Assembly: GCA_951406725.2 (NCBI GenBank)
Contig: OX597816.1
Location: 174,592,001 to 174,656,000 of the forward strand
Direction of reading: 5' to 3'
DNA length: 64,000 nucleotides
DNA from: Octopus vulgaris
Lineage: Eukaryota
Every line of letters starts with the position of its first letter. The stretch's first letter is position 1. The position numbers and the translations under genes are program-made. Shown here in pieces: positions 54,864-64,000 of the stretch. The notes beneath the pieces are model-generated. The model was not told where the DNA came from. It did not search any database and saw only the letters and a list, made by a program, of their open reading frames with translations.

Positions 54864-55946
54864 CTAAAAGAAAAAGAAAGCCCATTTTTATAACACAGTT
54901 GGAGAGATATCAAAGAAAAGAATTAAACTTTTGTCATCCTTTTCTAAATTAAAGAATGCTACTGGTTTGAACCAAAATAATTTACATCAGTACATAGTTT
55001 TAAAATACTGACATATATTGATCAGAATAACAACAAAAAAACCCCCAAAAAACCCTGAGTTGGAGTGGAATTGGCTGTGTCACATTGCAGTCTTTTTATT
55101 TAGTTAATTTAAGCAGTGTTATTAAATTAGTCAACTGTTAATAAATTAGGGTATTCAGCAAGAATTGCTCCATTTATTTATTGATTAATAAACACATAAA
55201 TCTGCATATTTATTCAAACCATTCAAAAATAAAAACAACATTCTCATGATGGAATTAAGATTGTGGGAATTTGAGTTAAATAAACGGTTAAAACTTTTCT
55301 TTTGCAGACTATGAAAGTTATAAAAAAGCAATATTGTAAATAAATTTAAACTGAACACAGTTATTAGTTACCCTAGCCATATATTTCTACTAACACTCAA
55401 GCTACACAGGCCAATGAATATGCAGTCACCTGAACTGTGAAGCATAGCAACTAAATCTCACTCCTATGGAGAATGATATACAAAAAGATGGAAGGGTTAT
55501 GGTTGATATATTTATCATAATTGATCTGCTCAATCAAGGTTGACCAGGAGCTAAAGAACAATTCAAACCATATCTGCTGTTCTCCTGAGATGAATCTCTA
55601 TCCTATAAATCTCTAAACCATCTCCACTCTATACCCCAACTACTTTTGGAAAAAAAGTATTAGCACCTACATAGAAATCACTCTTCGAACACGGAAGTCA
55701 GTAACAGAGACTTCCATTTATTCTGGCAGAAGGGCTCTCCTCAATTTCTCTAACTCACTCCCCTTTCAAATTATCCTCCTTGCCTCCAATTTCTCCAATA
55801 TGACTGACAAAGGCAAAATCTTTTGCTTACTTTTAATTGTTGCATCAGATAGGCCTTCTCAACTAATTATTGGGTACAATTTGAACATGGTCAATTATAC
55901 ACTAGCTTATTTAGTAGTATATGCTTCACTCCTGATAGCAAAGTTA

Positions 55947-56203
55947 ATCATCATCATCATCGTTTAGCATCCGCTTTCCATGCTAGCATGGGTTGGACGG
56001 TTCAACTGGGGTCTGGGAAGCCAGAAGGCTGCACCAGGCCCAGTCTGATCTGGCAATGTTTCTACGGCTGGATGCCCTTCATAATGCCAACCACTCCGTG
56101 AGTGTAGTAGGTGCTTTTTACATGCCACTGGCACGGGTGCCAGGCAAGGCTGGCAACGGCCACGAACGGATGGTGCTTTTTACGTGCCACCGGCACGAGG
56201 CCA
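55947..56203 (-). mobile_element. RTE LINE 3' UTR fragment with (TGA)n tail
   Basis: (CAT)n then GTTTAGCATCCGCTTTCCATGCTAGCATGGGTTGGACG, shared with 62940-63532. Confidence 0.75.
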
Positions 56204-56503
56204 GACTGATACTATTCTCCCAAGCGGTTTACATGGAACTGCACTGCAGCTGTATAGGCAAAAGACTGCCAACAGTACATGAAGAAAATCACCTTTCATT
56301 GATTGCCATGACTGCAGAATAACCATCAGAAAGCAAAGGATCGCTTTGTGATTACACAGTATGTAAAAATCACTCACATCCTAAATTGCAGCCAAGCTCA
56401 CTAGTCCCTTTCCATATTAACTATACAAAATTTTTTTACCCATCCACTGCCTAACTCCATGCTGCAACACATAACAAAACTCCTCCTAAATACTCTTTGT
56501 CAC

Positions 56504-56892
56504 TGGATGGAAGCACTCCATCGGTTACGACGATGAGGGTTCCGGTTGATCCGAATCAACGGATCAGCCTGCTCGTGAAATTAACATGTAAGTGGCTGAG
56601 CACTCCATAAACACGTGTGCCCTTAACGTAGTTCTCGGGGATATTCAGCGTGACACAGAGAGTGACAAGGCCGGCCATTTGAAATACAGGTACAACAGAA
56701 ACAGGAAGTAAGAGTGAGAGAAAGTTATGGTGAAAGAGTTCAGCAGGGATCAGCACCATTCCCTGCCAGAGCCTCGTGGAGCTTTTAGGTGTTTTCGCTC
56801 AATAAACACTCACAACGCCCGGTCTGGGAATCGAAACCGCAATCCTATGACCGCGAGTCCGCTGCCCTAACCACTGGGCCATTGCGCCTCCA
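56504..56892 (-). mobile_element. SINE family B, full length
   Basis: Reverse complement of 58048-58431. Confidence 0.88.
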
Positions 56893-57152
56893 CACTACCA
56901 TATGTACAACCACCAAAAGAAGCCATCAGTTATATATTCCCAAAGCTAAGTTACCTTTGTTCTCACCAAACTCTAATTTCTCAGTCTCTATGCTTCGCAA
57001 TCTCCAAAAGAACAACCTCTTTGACCTTCCAACTACCAACCTATTCTTCTCACAGCCAACAGCACAAAGTTGATGGAGACTGTTTTAGCCATCTCTTTTA
57101 TCACTTGGAGCCATTTTCTCAGTAACTATCAATTAGTTTCTATTGGAATATA

Positions 57153-57775
57153 CAGTAATCCCTCGACTTTCGTGGGTGTTACATTCCAAAACACCTGATG
57201 ATAGGTGAAAATTCAGTAAGTACAAAAAGTACTCTTTTACTTGTTTCAGTCATTTGACTGCGGCCATGCTGGAGCACTGCCTTTTAGTCGAGCAAATCGA
57301 CCCCGGGACTTATTCTTTGTAAGCCCAGTACTTATTCAATCGGTCTCTTTTGCCGAACCGCTAAGTGACGGGGATGTAAACACACCAGCATCGGTTGTCA
57401 AGCAATGCTAGGGGGACAAACACAGGCACACAAACATATACAGACACGTACATGTATATATACAATATATACATATATACGACAGGCTTCTTTCAGTTTC
57501 CGTCTACCAAATCCACTCACAAGGCATTGGTCAGCCCGGGGCTATAGTAGAAGACACTTGCCCAAGGTGCCACGCAGTGGGACTGAACCCAGAACCATGT
57601 GGTTGGTTAGCAAGCCACTTACCACACAGCTACTCCTGCGCCTATGTACTGTATATTTTTTAAAATTATTTTTATAATTTGTATATATATATATTTTATT
57701 ATAAATGCAAAATAACACCACAGAGGAATCAATGTAAGCTTAAATAATCAACCCCGATATGGCGAGGGATTACTG
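57153..57775. mobile_element. pogo/Tigger-type MITE containing a nested SINE A (57230-57642, -)
   Basis: TA-CAGTAATCCCTCG...CGAGGGATTACTG-TA: perfect 13-bp TIR with TA TSD. Confidence 0.85.
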
Positions 57776-58047
57776 TACTGAAAACCTGCTTTGTCTCACA
57801 CTTGTCTCTGACTCTTGAGAACTGTAACAGAAGCAATACTGTTGCTCAAGACATTAGCAACACCTAATGTACCTGGCAAGGGACCATAAAATCATATCCT
57901 CTACCTATGGGTTTTGATCGTTTAGATCAGAAGTCTCCTTCTTTCATATTGTCAAGTTTGATGTAATTTGAGTTTATGTCCATACACTCTTCTTTCTGTA
58001 TATGAATGACCTTAGCATGGTTAAAGCACACACTACTACAGAGATTG

Positions 58048-58431
58048 TGGAGGCGCAATGGCCCAGTGGTTAGGGCAGCGGACTCGCGGTCATAGGATCG
58101 CGGTTTCGATTCCCAGACCGGGCGTTGTGAGTGTTTATTGAGCGAAAACACCTAAAGCTGCACGAAGCTCCGGCAGGGATGGTGGTGATCCCTGCTGTAC
58201 TCTTTCACCACAACTTTCTCTCACTCTTACTTCCTGTTTCTGTTGTACCTGTATTTCAAAGGGCTGGCCTTGTCACTCTCTGTGTCACGCTGAATATCCC
58301 CAAGAACTACGTTAAGGGTGCACGTGTCTGTGGAGTGCTCAGCCACTTACACGTTAATTTCACGAGCAGGCTGTTCCGTTGATTCGGATCAACTGGAACC
58401 CTCATCGTCGTAACCGACAGAGTGCTTCCAT
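58048..58431 (+). mobile_element. SINE family B, full length
   Basis: tRNA-like head with GGTTTCGATTCCC B-box. ACTACAGAGATT TSD on both sides. Confidence 0.88.
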
Positions 58432-60967
58432 GGCCACTACAGAGATTACACTACCTTTAAGTCCCGTACAATCTTTTATAGATGCAACACAAGCAGTTCA
58501 TGGCATACACAGCTTCAATGAAATGAGACCTCAAAAAAGTCCTTTAATGAAGACATGAAATGGAAACCTAGTCTCCATCTGTACTAAATCGTAATCATTA
58601 AACATGCTAGAAAAACACAAGAGCTAAAAGGACTACGTCAAACACTATGAAAATCATTCATACGAATGTGTGTGTATCATAAAGGCTAAGCATACTCTTC
58701 AGGACCACATTCTTTAGTCCTGGTTAGTTGGAACATTTTAAACTCAGTACTGGTTACTTACACAAATAAGCAAGTATTCTGGATTGGATAATAAAAATCT
58801 GGTAGACTGGGGAAGTATCACACACAAGGCATATTAACACCATGAACCCACAAATGTCATTTTGCCATCTGTTCTACTGCTATTGTAATAATCTATTCTT
58901 CTTTAACTAGCAGGTTACACATCACCTCTTTTCAGGCTCACTTGGTGTCTAACTCTTTCAATGACCATTTCAGCTGATCCCACTCGACCAGACCTGCACT
59001 AAACACTATGCTTGATATTTGCTATTTAGTACAGCATCTCTCTCTCCCCTACATACACCGATTTCAAAATTAACAGTCTCACCAATCTAAGAGAACCTAG
59101 CCAGCAACTAGATAATAATATGAATAATCTGAAGGCTACTTATGGACAACATTAGAAAGTGGAAGAAAGTGTGGTGCAAGTAAATATTTTAATCAGAATT
59201 ATATCCCAGCAAGGAAACTGAGTTCATAACCTAATTTTGATACTTTCAGCTATCTCACTTCACTTTCATCACTAATACTCTTTAGAAAAGTCTCATCATG
59301 TCTCATTTACCCTCTCCCCAAGCTGAGGCTTTGGTGCTTAACTGAAAAATGCAACAAGAAACCAACTAAAAATTTCCCTTTCAGATACATTATTGGTAAT
59401 TTGAGAAAGACATGAATGCTACAACTCTTGTTATCTCTCTCTTAAAAGACACTGACATAACAGAGTTCAGTGCTTCTATCTAATCTTGCTTTGTTGTGTC
59501 TGACCACCCAAAGTTTCAATTTGAATTCAGTTTAGCACTATGATTCTCCACACGACTGACTTCTCTGAGTAGCTCCAACTTAAAACGTTTTTGGTTGTTT
59601 AGCTACTATTTTCAGCAAGGTTGTAAGTTCAAATTCTGCTATCAGCTGCTACAAATTAAGTTATATTATTCAACTTAGTCCAGTCAATGAAATATACTTC
59701 ACAGTTGAGCATTCAGTTCTAAATTTGCAGACCCATCTAAAATCATATTATTGAGCCAAGGGAAAAGACTATAGAAATAACCTGAGGCATTTGAATACCA
59801 ACAAAAGTATTACAATCAAGGCATTTTTCCCTGGAAATTTCTTTAGAAAATACAAAAGTTTATAGCAATTTTTGTTTTGTTTTGAGGGTAAGTTGCAATC
59901 ACACACAAACAAACACATCAATATAGATTAGGAGGATTTCTGTAGAAGGACTTTCTTCACATGAACACAATGGTTAACTTATTTCTTTTTGCAAACTTTC
60001 CTCATAACCTCTGAGTTAATTTAAGCAATGCAATAACAATAACATAATTAAGGCTTGTAGTATTAAATTTGTTATCTGAAAGTTATGTCTCTAATATGAC
60101 AAAATACATTCATAAAATACATAGGATAAGCTTTGGATTATTGAAATTCCACTGACACACATACATGCATTTTCAATACTTGTTTTATTGCAGGTTACCT
60201 TGGGCAAGATTATTCTACCATAACCTCAAAGGAACAAAAGCTTTATAAGTACAATTGGGTAAATAAACTGTGTATGAGCTGGTCAGAGGAATCCTTCCAG
60301 TTTGTGGGTGACAGACTTAATCCACTGCCTGGCTTAACACTACAACCAGGTTACTGGTGGCCCTCAGCAGAGTCTAATCTGCTGTATACATACAAGCCAG
60401 ATCTCTGGTTTGGGAATAACTTCCTTCCTTTCACCTACCATTCTTTCTGTTCCTGAAAAGGATTACGAGCAATGCTCTTCATTCTCTGTCATAATACAAA
60501 ACTGTCAACTTCCTTCACTCTCAGACATTTTTGGGGAAAAAAAACCAGCTGATTAAATTGACCCCAATATAAGTGATACTTATTTTATCAAACTCAGAAG
60601 AATGAGATATCAACCTCAGTGGGATTTCAACTCAGAATATTAAGATTAGGAGACATCAACAAAATACCATAAGGTATTTTGGCCACATTCTATACTATCA
60701 GTAAGGATCTACTGATTCACTTTTGCTCTGAATCTGAGATTTATTACAATCTTTATATCAATGAAACATTACAATAAGATTATTACTATTACTACTATTA
60801 GATTTGGAACTTTCTTCCAGAGAAATATAACTTGCAGAACTTGCAGGTTTATTTCATCAACCCTGTTCACAATAGTTTTGATAATAAGAAAAGCAGAAGC
60901 TCTAACATGTCTACAAAACTCAACTACTGTCTAACCAAGACATTAAAAGTGATTTTCATAAAACTAG

Positions 60968-61015
<48 letters not shown>

Positions 61016-61984
61016 AAATTCATAGTAGAAGATACTAAAGTTCTCAACAGCAGAACATTTCAAACTCACTTGCTTAATTTGGATGAAATACAGTAAATCA
61101 ACGGTCTTGACTGAATGAAAAAGATCAGAGACCAATGTAGCTGTAGTAGAAGTAACAGAGGGCAGGCTCAACTGGGCAATGATTCAGCAGTTGGAGACTG
61201 ATCTATGCTTGTACGCTTTCAAATGTCTGATTCTAATATTATACTAAACAATGGCAATAATGCTGGTTAGAACATAGAATAAATTTTTAGAAAATGTTCT
61301 TTTTATGAATCATCATTAACATCATGCTCACTTTTCAACTTGCACATTTCCCTACATGTTACATTATATATATATATATATATGTATATAACTTATAAAC
61401 AAGGGCAAAAGAAAAATTATTTCTATGCCAATATGCTGAGAACAGACTTTAAATTGTCAATTTCCACATTTCATTATACATTCACTATAAATACACGTCA
61501 TGCTGAAATCAAGGAAAGCTAGCTAACAGAATTTTTTTTATAAAAAGTTTGGTATTTCTATATTGAATCAATTTCAGGATTAATCCTATGGATTCTTCCC
61601 TCTTCAGTAGAAAATATGATAAGAAATAAATGAAATACCTACACGCACCCATGGAGAAAAACATAAGCAAGAGTCATGAGTGCACATAAGTACCCCAGTT
61701 ATATCTAAATGTAAAATCCTTTAGCCAGCCTCAGCACACGTGTGAACTATTCTGAACCACAACTTCTAGTGATTACCAGTCCCTATAGTGAATGGTAATT
61801 TTAACCTTTAAAGGTATATTTTAATATACTGCCACTTTTTGATGAAATTTTTTTCTGAAAACAATTTCATCCTATATTAGTAGTAGATTTATTACTATTC
61901 ACTATAGGGACTGGTAACCACTATAAGCTGTGGTTCAAAATAGCTCTCACGTGTGCTAAGGCTGGCTAAAGGATTTTACATTTA

Positions 61985-62715
61985 CAGGGTGATTGGAAAG
62001 TAACTCCCTATTTTAAAATGCTTATAATTTATTTATTAACTATAATTTTTTTCTCAAATTTGTTGTGTATGTTCTTTAATGTATAGGAATTGATTCCATG
62101 CTGTTTATTTTTTCAGATTGATTATTTTGTTTGAAATTTAGAAGCCCTACAAACATGGCTGGATGTTTTACTGTGCAGGAGCGTGCCCAGCTAGCTGCAC
62201 ATTACGAAGTTTGGAGATCAGTTGTTCAAGTGCAAAGATGGTGGAGGACCATTAGAGGAAGACATGCTCAAGTTGATGCAAAAAGATAATCAAGAATTGT
62301 CATGCAAATTCATGACTACAGGATTTGTAGCTGATACTTGAAGTGGTCGTCCTTCCAATTCATCAAGGTTCGCATGACTGGCTGGCCAGAAGCCCTGATT
62401 TAACACCCTGCGACTGTTTTCTTTGGGGTTGGTTAAAAGAGGAAGTCTTCTCTACCAAACCTATGACTTTGAAAGAACTTGAAGGGTGAATACGAGAAGC
62501 TATGTCTTTCATTCCACAAGACTTCCTGATGAAATCAGTTGATGTTGTTCCTAGGCAGCGTCAGAAGCTGCTGGTGAATGCTGATGCCTATGTCAAATTT
62601 TAAATAAAATTCCATGCTATGCACTTTCTTTACATATTCGTTTTTTTCTAAAAATTATAGTTAATAAATAAATTATAAGTATTTTAAAACAGGGAGTTAC
62701 TTTTCAATCACCCTG
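61985..62715 (+). mobile_element. Internally deleted Tc1/mariner-superfamily (maT/DD37D-like) transposon
   Basis: TA TSD and ~65-bp TIRs CAGGGTGATTG.AAAGTAACTCCCT. N-terminal remnant MAGCFTVQERAQLAAHYEVWRSVVQVQRWWR. C-terminal remnant WLARSPDLTPCDCFLWGWLKEEVF. Confidence 0.9.
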
Positions 62716-62939
62716 TAGATATAACTGGGGTACTTATGTGTACTCATGACTCTTGCTTATGACTTTCTCCATGCGTGTAGGTTTTTCATTTATTTCTTAT
62801 CGTATTTTCTACTGAAAAGGGAAGAATCCATAGGATCAATCCTGAAATTTATTCAATATAGAAATAACGAACTTTTTTATTAAAAAATTCTGTTAGCTAG
62901 CTTTCCTCAATTTCAGCAAGACGTGTACTTATAGTGAAT

Positions 62940-63532
62940 CATCATCATTTAACATCTGCTTCCCATGTTAGCATGGGTTGGACGATTTGACTGAGGTCTG
63001 GCGAACCAGACTCCAATCTGATCTTGCAGAGTTTCTACAGCTGGATGCCCTTCCTAACGCCAACCACTCTGAGAGTGTAGTGGGTGCTTTTACATGTTAC
63101 CGGCACGAGGGCCAGTCAGGTGGTACTGGCAACGGCCATGCTCAAATGGTGCTTTTTATGTGCCACCTGCACAGGAGCCAGTCCAGCGGCACTGGCAGTG
63201 ACCTAGCTTGAATGCTTTTTCATGTGCCCCCAGCACAAGTACTAGTAAGGCGACGCAGGTAATGATCACGCTTGAATGGTGTTTTTAACGTGCCATCCGC
63301 ACGAAGGCCAGCTTGTTGCACTGGTGATGACCTCACTCGTATGGTACTCTTAGTGCTCCACTAGCAACGGATACCAGTCACTGAATTTTATTTCGATTTC
63401 GATTTCACTTGCCTCAACAGGTCTTTGTAAGCAGAGTTTAATGTCCAATGAAGAAAAGGCACGCATAAGTGGACTGGTTACACCCCTGGCATAGGCCATA
63501 AGGTTATGGTCTCACTTGTGCTTGCCCAGCCT
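62940..63532 (-). mobile_element. 5'-truncated RTE LINE 3' end
   Basis: (CAT)n tail, family 3' UTR with internal GGTGCTTTT.A.GTGCCA repeats, TGAAT TSD at 62935-62939 and 63533-63537. Confidence 0.8.
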
Positions 63533-63676
63533 TGAATATATAATGAAATGTGGAAATTGACAATTTAAAGTCTGTTCTCAGCATATTGGCATAGAAATAA
63601 TTTTTCTTTTGCCCTTGTTTATAATTTTAACCTTTAAAGGTATTTTATGCTGCCACTTCTGATGAAATTTTTTTAT

Positions 63677-63679
<3 letters not shown>

Positions 63680-63754
<75 letters not shown>

Positions 63755-63774
63755 AATATGTATGTGTGTGTATG

Positions 63775-63865
<91 letters not shown>

Positions 63866-63888
63866 ATATATATCGATATATATATATA
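63680..63888. repeat. Compound (TG)n/(TA)n microsatellite
   Basis: Seen directly. Confidence 0.95.
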
Positions 63889-64000
63889 GGTGCAGGAGTG
63901 GCTGTGTGGTAAGTAGCTTGCTAACCAACCACATGGTTCCGTGTTCAGTCCCACTGCGTGGCATCTTGGGCAAGCGTCTTCTGCTATAGCCCCGGGCCGA
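63889..64000 (+). mobile_element. SINE family A 5' part, cut by the window end
   Basis: GGTGCAGGAGTGGCTGTGTGGTAAGTAGCTTG head. Confidence 0.85.

Larger units (their letters stand above)
61393..63674. repeat. Long inverted repeat: left arm 61393-61799, right arm 61891-63624 interrupted by two insertions, plus a ~55-bp direct repeat at 61796-61854 and 63622-63674
   Basis: Read directly: after removing 61985-62717 and 62940-63537, the right arm is the reverse complement of the left arm. Confidence 0.9.

Noticed and set aside
58048-58122. tRNA gene-like sequences at SINE heads
   Set aside because: They continue directly into SINE bodies with tails and TSDs, so they are not stand-alone tRNA genes.
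60199-60452. Possible further Raver exon (ttttcAG ... AAG|GTAACC on -)
   Set aside because: It has an in-frame stop, no Raver similarity and only average splice sites, so it is not distinguishable from chance.

Overview
AT-rich, repeat-dense animal genomic DNA, most likely an octopus (coleoid cephalopod). That assignment is my recognition of the SINE/LINE families, not a database search. Two spliced genes converge tail-to-tail. (1) On +, the last five coding exons of the germline DEAD-box helicase vasa/DDX4 (2087-7426), with [20 protein letters not shown] and the acidic EEEELWE* terminus. (2) On -, eight 3' coding exons of Raver, a PTB-binding ribonucleoprotein (54863 to 21397), with [S/G]LLGxxP motifs and a Raver-type C-terminus [30 protein letters not shown]; its RRM exons must lie beyond 64000. 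Introns and the intergenic region hold piggyBac relics and MITEs, three tRNA-derived SINE families, RTE/RTE-X/R4-like LINE ends, a 5'-truncated Ty3/gypsy element, a non-autonomous Helitron, a Tc1/mariner deletion derivative and a pogo-type MITE. Most entries in the ORF track are spurious. The most interesting observations are candidate poison exons and a modular S/Y/G/T-rich domain in Raver, a ~400-bp-arm inverted repeat with nested insertions and a duplicated tail, and an unidentified 612-bp insert with a 14-bp target-site duplication (TSD). No prokaryotic-type system (CRISPR, operon) is present.
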